DNA from: Ferrovaceae bacterium
GTDB taxonomy: Bacteria > Pseudomonadota > Gammaproteobacteria > Burkholderiales > Ferrovaceae
DNA length: 34,549 nt
Direction of reading: 5' to 3'
Assembly (NCBI GenBank): GCA_027457225.1
Contig: DAIDTL010000001.1
Location: forward strand, 1-34,549
Shown here piece after piece: positions 1 to 12,000 of this stretch. The notes under the pieces were generated by a model, which saw only the letters and a program-made list of their open reading frames with translations, ran no database searches and was not told the DNA's origin. The translations under genes and the position numbers were made by a program. How positions within the stretch are numbered: position 1 is the first letter of the stretch; each line of letters opens with the position of its first letter.

Positions 1-376
1 GCGGTGAGCCTTCCGTCAGGGAAAGAAAAGGATGATGAACAAAGTTGCCGGGCTGCGTGCCACTACCGGTGTTCGGCTTGAGGATTTCAACAAGGGTGAT
101 CAGACCTGCCGAGGGAAGGTCAGGCACTGATGAGGTTTGATGTGACTGTGCAGATTGTTCACAATGGATAAAACAAACCGCAGAAGGCTGTGTGCCCTTC
201 GCGGAAGCGTCGTCCATGTCGCTGCAGTCCGACGGCATAGGCGCCGACACTTTAACCGGCGTATTTGCAGCAGGCGTTTGTTGGAAACATGCGTGCGCTG
301 CCACCATAAGTTGACCCCAGGTCAGCATCATGACGACAAAGAGCGAAACCTGGAAACGCGTTTTTTTCCTGTACAT
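1..376 (-). CDS. Hypothetical exported protein, 3' end runs off the window (not in the ORF track because no stop is reached)
   Basis: ATG at 376..374, open frame to position 1 (my own translation). N-terminus MYRKKTRFQVSLFVVMMLTWGQLMVAAHA looks like a signal peptide with an AHA cleavage site, followed by a Cys/His-containing, low-complexity mature part (CFIHCEQSAQSHQ). No clear Shine-Dalgarno. A TATAGT hexamer lies at 385..390, 8 nt upstream of the ATG. No family recognised. Confidence 0.4.
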   Translation of the reverse strand, partial: MYRKKTRFQVSLFVVMMLTWGQLMVAAHACFQQTPAANTPVKVSAPMPSDCSDMDDASAKGTQPSAVCFIHCEQSAQSHQTSSVPDLPSAGLITLVEILKPNTGSGTQPGNFVHHPFLSLTEGSP

Positions 377-664
377 AGTGACAGACTATAGCAGAAATCT
401 TGAGCCAAGGCAGCGCAGCAGGCCAGCTAATCGATCCAGTGAACACGTTAATTTGAACCGACTTGGGTACCGATTCATGGCTAATTCAGTTCGCAAGCGT
501 CCGCAATCTGTAAAAGGTTTGACTGGCCGCTCTGGCCGGTTACCGCCAGATCACATAGGCCATCTACGATGGCACCGAGTTCGATCAAGGAAACAACCGC
601 TACAGCAGTATGCCCGTCGAACCGAACTATCAGGCACGAGCATAACTCATTGGCGACGCAGGCG

Positions 665-789
665 TTCTGCGTGTGCCAAATGTATGCGGTTCTCCACTAT
701 TCTTTGAGAACAGAGAGCAGAAAAGAATCGAACGGTGGGAAAATGGGCGGGATTTGCGGCGCGTTGTGAATGACCTGGCACACGCAGAA
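665..789. repeat. Perfect 14-bp inverted repeat (TTCTGCGTGTGCCA 665-678 / TGGCACACGCAGAA 776-789) flanking a 97-bp spacer
   Basis: Read directly from the sequence. An ACGCAG copy immediately upstream of the left arm can also pair with CTGCGT in that arm, giving alternative pairings. Confidence 0.8.
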
Positions 790-821
790 TGGGCCAGAAC
801 CCCACGTGGTGCGCGGAAACC

Positions 822-856
822 CTGGAAATGGAAAGACCGACTGAGAACAGTCGGCC
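822..856 (-). terminator. Rho-independent terminator downstream of tRNA-Phe
   Basis: On the minus strand, GGCCGACTG-TTCT-CAGTCGGTC (835..856) is followed by TTTCCATTTCC, starting 9 nt after the tRNA CCA end. Confidence 0.55.
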
Positions 857-864
857 TTGAATTT

Positions 865-1900
<1,036 letters not shown>

Positions 1901-1901
<1 letters not shown>

Positions 1902-3595
1902 CAGGCGCGCTCCTCCTTGAGGGCGCGCCGCAAAATCTTGCCCACATTGGTGTGTGGTAGTTCGTCACGAAATTCGATGTGGCGCGGAATCTTGTATCCG
2001 GTCAACTGCTCGCGACAAAAGGCGGTAATCATCTCGGCAGTGAGATGAGGATCCTTGCGCACCACAAACAACTTGATTGCTTCACCCGAATGCGGGTCAT
2101 CCACGCCGATGGCAGCGACTTCAAACACCCCGGGATGTTTGGCTACGGTGGCCTCCACTTCGTTGGGGTACACGTTAAAGCCGGACACCTTGATCATGTC
2201 TTTCTTGCGATCCAGCAGGAACACAAATCCCTGCGGATCCATGGTGCCCAAATCCCCGGTGCGCAAAAAACCATCCGCGTAGAACACCGCCTGCGTCTCG
2301 GCTGGTTGGTTCCAGTAGCCCTTCATCACTTGAGGGCCACGGATACAGATTTCTCCCTCGACGCCCAAGGCCACTTCCTGTCCTGCCTCATCCCGAATGG
2401 CCACTTCGGTGGAAGGGATGGGCAGGCCGATGCTGCCATTGAAAGTCTTCAGTTCCAGCGGGTTGATGGTGGCTCCCGGGGAGGTTTCGGTGAGGCCATA
2501 GGCCTGGGTGAGGGCACAGCCGGTAACCTGTTGCCAGCGCAGGGCAACTTCCTGCTGCACGGCCATGCCGCCGCCCAAAGTGACTTTGAGATGAGAAAAA
2601 TCGAGCCGGACAAAACCCCGGTCGTTCAGCAATGCACTGAACAGGGTATTGACCCCGGTAATCACGGTAAAGCGGTGTTGCCGCAACTCCTTGACGAACG
2701 CCTTGAGGTCACGGGGATTGATGATCAGCAGATTGGCCGCCCCCTGGTGCATGAAGGCCAGGCAATTGGCCGTGAGCGCAAAGATGTGGTACAGCGGCAG
2801 TGCCGTCACCACCAGCTCCTCACCGGGCCGGACAACACCTGCCATCCACTGGTCTACCTGGATAAGATTGGCCACGATGTTGCCGTGACTGAGCATGGCC
2901 CCCTTGGGAATACCGGTGGTCCCGCCGGTGTATTGCAGAAACGCGAGATCCTGGGGACGCAGACGTGGCGGCACCAAGTCTCCTTGTTCGCCCAGAAACA
3001 GCACGGCAGAAAAACTCAAGCTACCGGGTAACCGCCAGCGCGGCACCACGCGTCGCACATGACGCAAGACAAAGTTGATCAACGCACCCTTCCACCCCAG
3101 CAGTTCTCCCACGCTGGTCACCACAATGTGCTTCAACACCGTCGCCGTGTGTACCTGCTGCAGGGTATGGGCAAAATTTTCCAGCACCACGATCACTTCA
3201 GCACCTGAATCCTTAAGCTGGAATTCCAGTTCGCGCGGGGTGTACAGGGGATTGCAGTTGACCACCACACAACCCGCGCGCAACACCCCGAACAACGCAA
3301 CGGGGTACTGCAGCACGTTGGGCATCATCAGCGCCACACGCGCTCCCTTGGGCACGCCACTTTGCTGCAACCAGGCGGCAAAATAACGCGACTGCTGTTC
3401 CAGCGCGCGATAGTCCAATACCTTGCCCATGCTGATGTAAGCGGTGCGCTGCGCAAACTGGCGGCAGGCGGCTTCCATCAAGGTCACCACCGTGGCATCC
3501 GGCGGTGGAGAAATCTCTGCGGCGATACCCGGCGGATAGCTCGCCAGCCAGGGTTTGCCCGCAGAAGGTTCAAGGGAATCGGGAAACGTCATCAT
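1901..3595 (-). CDS. fadD: Long-chain fatty acid--CoA ligase (AMP-binding family)
   Basis: 564 aa. AMP-binding signature LQYTGGTTGIPKGAML, plus AYGLTETSP, TGDLG and a C-terminal GKILRR. Confidence 0.9.
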
Positions 3596-5511
3596 GCGCC
3601 TGGACTGATTGTACGATGCAGTGGCCCACCGCTGAAGGGGGCAAATCCTGTCCCAAAAATCACGCCGGCATCTGCCAAATCGGCATCCGGTACCACGCCT
3701 TCCGCCACCAGCGCTGCAGTGCGCGCGGTCAAGGGTGCGATCAGGCGCTCAGCCAATCCGGGGGGCACTGCGCCAAAGGCCGGTTTGAGGGGTTTTCCTT
3801 TAACCCAGACATAAAACCCGCGACCCGCTTTTTTCCCCAGACGACCCTGGTCCAGGCACTGGATCAGGCAGGCCGCAGGAGCTCCCGCCGAAAGCTGCTG
3901 ACCGGCAGCCATCACGATGTCGAGTCCTACCGTGTCCATCAGCTCCACCGGTCCCATGGGCATGCCAAAGGCTTCCAGTGCGGCATCGAGCGTGGCCGGT
4001 GCAATGCCTTCATCAAGGCAGCGCAATGCTTCATGCATGTAGGGCGCTAACACCGCATTCACCAAAAATCCGGGAGCGCTTCGAACCGGCAAGGGTAACT
4101 TGCCCAGCGCCCCGACAAAAGCTGCCGCAGCTTGCAACGCTTCCGGTGCTGCTCCTTGAATCTCCACCACTTCCACCAGCGGCATCAACGCCACCGGATT
4201 GAAAAAATGAATGCCCACCAGGCGCTCAGGCCTCCGCAGCCCTACCGCAATATCCTCAAGACGCAGGCTGGAAGTGTTGCTGGCCAAAAGTGCCGTGGGT
4301 TTCAAGCGGGGTCCCAGGGCCGCGAGGAGCTGCTGTTTTACGGCAAGATTTTCAAACACGGCTTCGATCACCACACCGGCATGCGTCACCCCCGCACCGG
4401 CGGGATCGGGAATCAACCGGTCGCGCGCCGCACGGCACGCCAGTGGGGTCTTGAGAAGGCGCGCAAACAGAACCTCAGCGCGCGTCAGCGCCGGAACAAT
4501 GCGTTCCAGCGACTGATCCTGCAGGGTCACTGTCAATCCCTGCACCACGCACCAGGCTGCAATGTCTCCGCCCATCACGCCGGCCCCCACCACATGCACA
4601 CGCTGCGGCTTGAAGGTGCTGCCCTTGCCAAATCGCTTCAAGCGTTCCTGCAGATGGAATACCCGCAGCAGGTTGCGCGCCGTGGGTGAAGCCAGAATCC
4701 GGTGCAGCACTTCCGGTGCAGCCAGGGCATTCCCGTCCTGGTGCTGCCACAAATCGAGCAAGGCGTAAGGCGCCGGATAATGTTCGTGGTAAACCTTCTG
4801 CGCTACCCGGCCCCGGGCCTGGCGCACTACCAAGGCACGCAACGGACCATTCAACAGCCGTTGCCATAACCCCAAAGCATGCGGCGGGGTAGGATCCAGC
4901 ACCCGCAGCCGGGCTGCCCGTTCCATCAGGCGCGGCGGGACACAGGCATCGGCCAGTCCGATGCGCCACGCTTTGCGCGCATCCACCGTTTTGCCGGTGA
5001 GCATCATATCAAGGGCAGCAGCGGCACCGATTCGTTGCGGCAGGCGCTGCATGCCACCCCAGGCCGGAACAATCCCCAACTTGACCTCAGGCAACCCCAG
5101 GCGCGTATCGGGCTGATCCACCACGATCCGGTAACGGCAAGCCAGCGACAATTCCAGTCCGCCACCCATGCAATGGCCGCGGATCAGGGCCAGCGTGGGG
5201 TAAGAAAGTGCTGCCACGCGATTGAACAGATCCCACCCCCGAGCCACCAGGCGCAGGCCGTTTTCCGGTGTGACAAGATCGTCGAACTCATGGATGTCGG
5301 CACCGGCGATGAACCCGGCGGTTTTTCCCGAACGAAAAACCAGTCCGCGCGGCGGCTCGGCGTCCAGATGATCAAGCAACTGGACCAACTCCGCCATCAC
5401 CGCTCCGGAAAGCGCATTGGTGCTTTCACCAGCACGATCCAGTGTGGCCCAGGCCACGCCGTCTTCGTCGCGCGTCAACTTCCAATGAATAAACCCGGGT
5501 GCGGCGATCAT
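3592..5511 (-). CDS. Bifunctional enoyl-CoA hydratase / 3-hydroxyacyl-CoA dehydrogenase (FadB/FadJ-like)
   Basis: 639 aa. N-terminal crotonase fold (FIAGADI, GGGLELSLAC) followed by the Rossmann motif VHVVGAGVMGGDIA and a 3HCDH C-terminal region. 4-nt overlaps with both neighbours. Confidence 0.9.
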   Translation of the reverse strand: MIAAPGFIHWKLTRDEDGVAWATLDRAGESTNALSGAVMAELVQLLDHLDAEPPRGLVFRSGKTAGFIAGADIHEFDDLVTPENGLRLVARGWDLFNRVAALSYPTLALIRGHCMGGGLELSLACRYRIVVDQPDTRLGLPEVKLGIVPAWGGMQRLPQRIGAAAALDMMLTGKTVDARKAWRIGLADACVPPRLMERAARLRVLDPTPPHALGLWQRLLNGPLRALVVRQARGRVAQKVYHEHYPAPYALLDLWQHQDGNALAAPEVLHRILASPTARNLLRVFHLQERLKRFGKGSTFKPQRVHVVGAGVMGGDIAAWCVVQGLTVTLQDQSLERIVPALTRAEVLFARLLKTPLACRAARDRLIPDPAGAGVTHAGVVIEAVFENLAVKQQLLAALGPRLKPTALLASNTSSLRLEDIAVGLRRPERLVGIHFFNPVALMPLVEVVEIQGAAPEALQAAAAFVGALGKLPLPVRSAPGFLVNAVLAPYMHEALRCLDEGIAPATLDAALEAFGMPMGPVELMDTVGLDIVMAAGQQLSAGAPAACLIQCLDQGRLGKKAGRGFYVWVKGKPLKPAFGAVPPGLAERLIAPLTARTAALVAEGVVPDADLADAGVIFGTGFAPFSGGPLHRTISPGA

Positions 5512-6806
5512 GACAGTGACTCGATCAACAGGGCACCGCCCTGACCGCCACCAATACAGATGCTCGCGATGCCGCGCCGCCCGCCCCGTTCGCGCAGGGC
5601 GCGCAATACCTGCAACACGATGCGCGCTCCCGAAGCACCCACCGGATGCCCCAACGCAATGGCGCCTCCGTAGGGATTAAGACGCTGCACATCGAGCGCG
5701 CCCAATGCCCCCACACCCAACTGCTCCCGACACCAGGCAGCATCCTGCCAGGCCGCAATACAAGCCAGCACCTGGGCTGCAAAGGCTTCATTGATTTCCC
5801 ACACATCCAGGTCGTTAAGGCCCAAACCGTGACGCTGCAACAGGGGGGTGGCCGCATACACCGGCGCCAGACCCATTTGGGCCGGATCGAGCGCCGCCCA
5901 CTGACTGTCCACGAGCCGCGCCATGGGCCGCAATTGCCAGCGCGCCACGGCTTCTTCTGAAGCCAGCAACAGCAGTGCTGCACCGTCGGTGACCTGCGAA
6001 CTGTTGCCCGCCGTGATGTTGCCGTAGGGCTTATCAAACACGGGTTTCAAGGTGGCAAGCTTTTCCACGTTGGCGTCGCTGCGGATCCCATCATCTTCCG
6101 AATAGATTCGGCCGCTCGCATCCACCAGCGGCACGATATCCCGTGCACCCGCCCGGGCTGCCACGGCACGCTGATGACTTTGCACTGCATAGGCATCCAT
6201 CTGGGCGCGCGTGATGCCAAAACGGCAAGCCAGGTTTTCTGCGGTCTGTCCCATGGACAATCCCACCACGGGGTCGGTGAGGCCTTTTAGCAATCCAATC
6301 ACCGGCTTGAAATACGCGGGGCGCAAGCGCCCCAGCAGGGCCAGTTTTTGCCCCAGGGCGCGCGCACCATTCCAGCGTGCCAGCCATTGCACCATGGCAT
6401 CAGACAGCAGCACTGCGGCCCGCGAGAGTGCATCGGTGCCGCCCGCCAGCACGAGATGGCTGCGACCCAGTTGAATGTTGGCCAGGGCCGAATCGAGGGA
6501 TTGCATGCCGGAAGCACAATTGCGCATCACGGTCCAGCCCGGCACCTTGTCGCCGCAACCCAGACGCAATGCCAGGATCCGTCCAATGTTGACTTCATCG
6601 GGCGCAGGCGCGGCACAGCCCAGGATCACTTCATCCAGGTGGGAAGGCAGAAACGGCTGGCGCAGCAGCAAACCGCGTCCCGCCTGTACGGCGAGGTCGC
6701 AGGCGGAAAACGGGCCGGGTACGCCGCGCGCCTTGAGAAACTGGGTCCGCGCCCCATCAATGAGGTAAACGGGTTTCAAAATTCTTTCCAAAATCGTCAA
6801 CTCCAA
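5508..6806 (-). CDS. Acetyl-CoA C-acyltransferase (thiolase)
   Basis: 432 aa. Thiolase motifs NCASGMQS, GHPVGASGARI and CIGGGQGGA. The ATG at 6806 overlaps the upstream stop by 50 nt. An in-frame TTG at 6779 would give the typical MKPVYLIDGART start. Confidence 0.9.
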   Translation of the reverse strand: MELTILERILKPVYLIDGARTQFLKARGVPGPFSACDLAVQAGRGLLLRQPFLPSHLDEVILGCAAPAPDEVNIGRILALRLGCGDKVPGWTVMRNCASGMQSLDSALANIQLGRSHLVLAGGTDALSRAAVLLSDAMVQWLARWNGARALGQKLALLGRLRPAYFKPVIGLLKGLTDPVVGLSMGQTAENLACRFGITRAQMDAYAVQSHQRAVAARAGARDIVPLVDASGRIYSEDDGIRSDANVEKLATLKPVFDKPYGNITAGNSSQVTDGAALLLLASEEAVARWQLRPMARLVDSQWAALDPAQMGLAPVYAATPLLQRHGLGLNDLDVWEINEAFAAQVLACIAAWQDAAWCREQLGVGALGALDVQRLNPYGGAIALGHPVGASGARIVLQVLRALRERGGRRGIASICIGGGQGGALLIESLS

Positions 6807-9003
6807 TCACGCGGTCACGCAACACATTACGCCGCTGCAGGACGGCATGCTCTTCAGGAGTGATTACGCCAGCAGAGCGTGCCGCCTCGTCAATATCGCG
6901 CACATTGGCCCGCGGATCGTTGGCAAAGCGCCCGGCTTTTTCGGCCTCGCGAATCCGGGCCTCAATGGGCTCGGCTTCCAGCGTAGCGGCCAAAGCCCAT
7001 TCCAGCGCACCCACAGGCTCCTCGGCGTTTGCCGGCAGATAACAGCAGGCGGTCAAGCGATCCCGTGTGGGCGAGGGAGTGATCAGCAGGCGCGCCACAT
7101 CATGCCCCAGATCGTCAGAAGGCACCACATAGGGATAGCCCCAGGGAAACAGCATGCGGTGCAGCAGGGCGGCCACCCAGTGCATTGGATAGTTGGCGAT
7201 CACGCCATCAAAGGCTTGCTGCGCCCGATACATGGCATCCCACACCGCCCAATGCAACAACGGCAGGTCAGGCTGCGGCCGACCTTCATCTTCGTAACGT
7301 TTCAAGGCAGCCGAGATCAGGGTCATCTGCGAGAGGATGTCCCCCAGTCGAGCGGATAACTTTTCACGACGCTTGAGCCCTCCGCCCAGGACCAGCAGCG
7401 ATACGTCGGAGAGAAACGCAAAGGCGGCAGAATAACGCGAGAGCTGCTGATAGTAACGCCGTGTCTCCGGCGCCGCCGTTGCCGGAACCGCCACAAAATG
7501 CGATCCGGTCAACCCCATCCACAATGCGCGCAAGCCGTTTTTAAAAGTATGCGCGATGTGCCCGAAGAGGGCCTGCTGGAATTCCCCAAGGCCGGCCTCG
7601 GGGTCGGGATGGCGTGCCGCATTCATCTCGCGCAACACAAAGGGATGACAGCGAATGGCACCCTGACCGAACAGGATCAGGCTGCGCGTCAAAATGTTGG
7701 CCCCTTCCACCGTAATGCCAATGGGGATTTGCTGATAGGCCCGCCCCAAAAAGTTGGATGGACCGAGGCAGATGCCCTTGCCGCCGATAACGTCCATGCC
7801 ATCATTGACCACCCGACGCGCGCGTTCCGTGACATGATATTTGGCAATGGCCGAGAGCACCGCCGGCTTTTGTCCTTGATCCACCGCAGCGGCAGCGAAG
7901 GTGCGTAGCGCATCCATCAGATAGGTGTTGGCGCCGATGCGGGTCAGCGCCTCTTCCACACCTTCAAAGCGGCCGATGGGCAACTTGAATTGGCTGCGCA
8001 CCCGGGCGTAGGCCCCCACCGCGCGTGTCGTGAGCTGGGCCATGCCGGTGTTGGAAGCAGGCAGGGAGATGGCACGTCCGGCGGCAAGACTTTCCATCAG
8101 CATGCGCCAGCCTTGGCCTGCCATGGCAGCGCCGCCAATGATGAAATCAAGCGGCATGAAAACTTCATGGCCGCGCGTTGGCCCGTTCATGAACATGGCG
8201 TTGAGCGGAAAATGCCGACGCCCGATGTCCACCCCGGGATGATCGTGAGGCACCAGGGCACAGGTGATCCCGATCTCGCGCGTTGAGCCGAGCAGCCCCT
8301 CCGGGTCGAACAGTCGAAACGCCAATCCCAGCAAGGTGCACACCGGGGCCAGCGTGATGTAGCGCTTGTCCCAGGTCACGCGCATGCCAAGAACTTCGCG
8401 CCCTTGCCATGGTCCTTTGCACACCACGCCGAAGTCCGGAATGGCGGCCGCATCCGATCCGGCCCAGGGGCTGGTGAGGGCAAACGCGGGGATTTCTTCT
8501 CCGCGCGCCAGTCGCGGCAGGTAATAATTTTTTTGGTCTTCGGTACCGTAGTGCAACAGCAGCTCGCCCGGCCCTAGCGAATTGGGCACCATGACCGTTA
8601 CCGCGAGGGCCGAGCTACGCGTGGACAGCCGGGTAATGATCTGGGAATGGGCGAAGGCCGAAAACGCCCGACCACCATACCGCTTGGGAATAATCAGACC
8701 AAGAAACCCCTGTTCCTTGAGGTACTGCCAGGTGGCCGGAGAAAGATCGAAATCGCTTTGGGTAACCCGCCAATCGTCCACCAGGCGACAGGCTTCGTTG
8801 GTCTCATGATCCAGAAAATGTTGTTCCTCAGGGGTGAGGCGGGGTGCCGGGAGGTCCAGCAGTTTTTGCCAATCGGGATGCCCGCGAAACAGCTCACCCT
8901 CCCAACCCACGGTACCCGCTTCCAGCGCCTCGCGCTCGGTATCGGACATCGGCGGAAGCATCTTGCGATAAGCTCGAAACAGTGGTGCTGTGATAAACCG
9001 CAT
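6757..9003 (-). CDS. Large acyl-CoA dehydrogenase (FadE-like)
   Basis: 748 aa. Shows FALTSPWAGSDAA and central/C-terminal ACAD regions with a long C-terminal extension as in FadE-type enzymes. An AAGAGG Shine-Dalgarno lies 9 nt upstream, inside the last codons of the preceding gene. Confidence 0.9.
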   Translation of the reverse strand: MRFITAPLFRAYRKMLPPMSDTEREALEAGTVGWEGELFRGHPDWQKLLDLPAPRLTPEEQHFLDHETNEACRLVDDWRVTQSDFDLSPATWQYLKEQGFLGLIIPKRYGGRAFSAFAHSQIITRLSTRSSALAVTVMVPNSLGPGELLLHYGTEDQKNYYLPRLARGEEIPAFALTSPWAGSDAAAIPDFGVVCKGPWQGREVLGMRVTWDKRYITLAPVCTLLGLAFRLFDPEGLLGSTREIGITCALVPHDHPGVDIGRRHFPLNAMFMNGPTRGHEVFMPLDFIIGGAAMAGQGWRMLMESLAAGRAISLPASNTGMAQLTTRAVGAYARVRSQFKLPIGRFEGVEEALTRIGANTYLMDALRTFAAAAVDQGQKPAVLSAIAKYHVTERARRVVNDGMDVIGGKGICLGPSNFLGRAYQQIPIGITVEGANILTRSLILFGQGAIRCHPFVLREMNAARHPDPEAGLGEFQQALFGHIAHTFKNGLRALWMGLTGSHFVAVPATAAPETRRYYQQLSRYSAAFAFLSDVSLLVLGGGLKRREKLSARLGDILSQMTLISAALKRYEDEGRPQPDLPLLHWAVWDAMYRAQQAFDGVIANYPMHWVAALLHRMLFPWGYPYVVPSDDLGHDVARLLITPSPTRDRLTACCYLPANAEEPVGALEWALAATLEAEPIEARIREAEKAGRFANDPRANVRDIDEAARSAGVITPEEHAVLQRRNVLRDRVIGVDDFGKNFETRLPH

Positions 9004-9005
9004 GA

Positions 9006-12000
9006 TCAGTAACCTCTTTTCTGCAACGCAAGCCGACCCAGCGGAGTGACCGGATTGTCATGGGCCACGATCCAGTGAAAGCTCGCGAGCCAGGGGGCCA
9101 ATGCCGCCGCCGGCAAGGGCCTGGACAGTGCATAGCCCTGCCCTTCATCCGCACCCAGGAGGCTTGCCACCTCCACCAGCTCGGAACTTTCCAGGCCTTC
9201 CTCGGTGACGCGCAGCTTGAGGCTTTTGGCCAGGCGCACCAGGCCGGAAATGAAGACAATCACCCGCTCGGGATCCTTGGCGATTTCGCGAACCAGCCCC
9301 TGATCAATCTTGACGGTGCTAAAGGGCAAATGGCGCAAGCGCAACAAGGAGCTGTAACCGGCACCGAGGTCATCCATCACAAGGTGCACCCCCTGTGCCG
9401 CCAAGGTCACCAGGGTGACACGGGCCGCTTCGAGATCATGAAATTCTGCATCTTCCAGCACTTCAAGTTCCAGCCGTCGTGCCGGAATGCCCTGGCGCTG
9501 CAATGCCTGTTCCACCCATTGCGCGCATTCTGCCTCAACCAGCACCGCAGGGGGCAGATTCAGTGAGACGATCAGGTCCGGATACTGCCCAAGATGGGAC
9601 AGATGAGCGAGCGCCTGATCCAGACCCCTTTGAAACAGCAGCACCAGTTCGCGTGTTCCAAATCCGGACAGAAAGATTGCAGGGCTGGCCAGGGTGCCGT
9701 CCGCCATCTTCAAGCGGGCCAGGGCTTCAATTTTGGTCGGTTTACCGGTTGTAAGATCCACAATGGGCTGATACTCCATCATCAGTCCACCGTTTTCAAG
9801 AAGGCGGCGAAACATGCGCCGTTGATCCGACGATTGGTAAACAAGATTGGGTCGATACAAACGCTGCCTGGCCTGGCTGAGCAAATGGCCGATGGATTGA
9901 AAAAACAGCTGGGTTTCGGCCGACTCGAACTGACCAGGATGGTGTCCAAATACCCCTAAAGCCGCAGCAATGCGACCCTGACCGTCGGTGATCGGCACAA
10001 ACACGGCGCTTCGAATCTCCGAGTCGTGCGCAGATTTTCGCAGATGGGACAAATGGCGCTCGGTGGCATAGCTCGCATTGGTTTCGATCTGCTCCGTCTG
10101 CCAGATGCGCATATGTGCTGGGCGAAGGGACTGGCCATCCTGGACATTCACGAGATGTGGCACCACCCCCGCAGCTTCAAGATCATTGAGATAGCGCTCC
10201 AGTACGGCTGTTTTGAATTCATACACCAGCTTTCCAGTGGTGTCCGGCCGATTGATGGTGGCGGCGATGCAGCCCTGTAACTCGGTAATGGATTCAAGAA
10301 GCTCCCGGCAGGTGTCCACCCAACTGGTGGCATGCGACAGGCGCAGGGATTGTTCAGCCAGCCAGGATTGCCGCTGCACCATCAGTTGCTGGAGAGCGCG
10401 GATCTGACTTTGCAGTTCGACGCGCAGGCGGCCAGCGATGACATCCATCACCCGCTGCTTTTCTGAAAGCCGCATGCCCTGCAATTCATGCAACCGGTGC
10501 CCGACTTGATTCTGATAGGCCTGGATGGCCTCAATCAGCGCCGTGAGATCGAAGCCCACCAGCGTATTGACACGGCCCAAGGCTTCGGCAAAACCGCGGT
10601 GCTGGTCTTCGGTCAGATCGGCACGCTGCAGCATCAGGATGTGTCGCTCCAGGCGAGCCTTCTGCACCGCCAGATCTTCGGGATCAAGGCGCTCCAGAAG
10701 TGTGGCAATCGTGACACGACCGAGCCAATCCGAATGGAGTGTCTCCACAAAATCATGGGGCAGCGGAAACAGGGCGTCTTGCAACGGGGCCAACAACGCT
10801 GCAGCCTCTGCACCATAAGGCTCGATACTGGGCACTTGGGCCGGCGAAGCGATTAAATTTCCTTCCCCCCAAATCTGCCACCAGCTGCTGCGCACCCCTT
10901 TATGTGCCTTAAGACCATACATGGCCTCAAACGCATGGCGCATCAACAAGTCGCCATCCCCGCCATCGTTGGGATAGAAGGTCAACCCCAGGGATATCTG
11001 CACCGTGACGCGATGGGCGTCTGGCAACTCAATTTCGTTAGAGAGCAATTCATGGATGCGCGCGAGACGCGGAAAAAGATCTTCATAGCGCAGCAGGCCC
11101 TCGATCACCAGCACAAATTCATCCCCGCCTGAACGTGCCACAAGATCCGTGTCGCGCAACGCAGAGCGCAACCGTTGCGCCACAACCTTGAGCAGCCGAT
11201 CGCCCCCCTCCATGCCATGGGCGTCGTTGATGGCCTTGAAATCATCGAGGTCAGCAAGGCACACCGCCAACAGGGTTTGGTCCTTGCGCGCACGCGCCAA
11301 GGCTCCCGGGAGGTGCTGATCCAGTGCCAGCCGGTTGGGCAATCCGGTGAGCGCATCGTGGATGGTGAGGTAGCGTTGTTTGTCCTGCTCATGGACAAGA
11401 CGGCGCTGCAGAAAGATCCGTTCCAGCCCATGGGAAATGTTGCGCGACAGTTCTTCGAGCACTTGCCGAAGGTCCGCGCTAAAAATATTTTCCTGGGCGT
11501 GATAAACCGACAAAACCGCCATGACCGCCCCCTGGCGCAAAATCGGCAACGAAGCGCTGGCCCCGAAACCAGCCTCACTGGCACGCAATTTCCAGGGGCC
11601 AAGGTGCGGCGTATTGGCAAAGGACTGGTTATACATGACTTTCCCATCCCGCCAGGCCTGCCCCATGGAGCCCTGGCCTTCCGGGAGCGCGGGATTGCTG
11701 GAGATGATCAACCCGTCGAGATAACCGGTGTGGCCTGCGGCGGCCAAAACCCGAAAATGCTGATCCGCACCGGGCACTCCGATAAACGCCAGCTTCATCT
11801 GTCCATGTTGAACGGCAATCTCGCAAACCGCCTTGAAAAGTGCCTGGACATCTTCGGCGTCGGCAATCACCTGATTGGCCTGGGCCAGCATGACGTTGAA
11901 CTGGATCGCCCGCGACAGGGCCGCATGTTGTTCGAGCGCCTTGTCCTGCAATTGGGCATAACGCAGCACGGTGCCGGTCATGGCTGAGCAGAATTCCAGC

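Noticed and set aside
725-733. GAATCGAAC, identical to the T-loop segment of tRNA-Phe (881-889). Considered as a partial tRNA duplication marking an integration (att) site.
   Set aside because: Only 9 nt match. The flanks do not form a T stem or an acceptor stem, and no integrase or other island genes are present.
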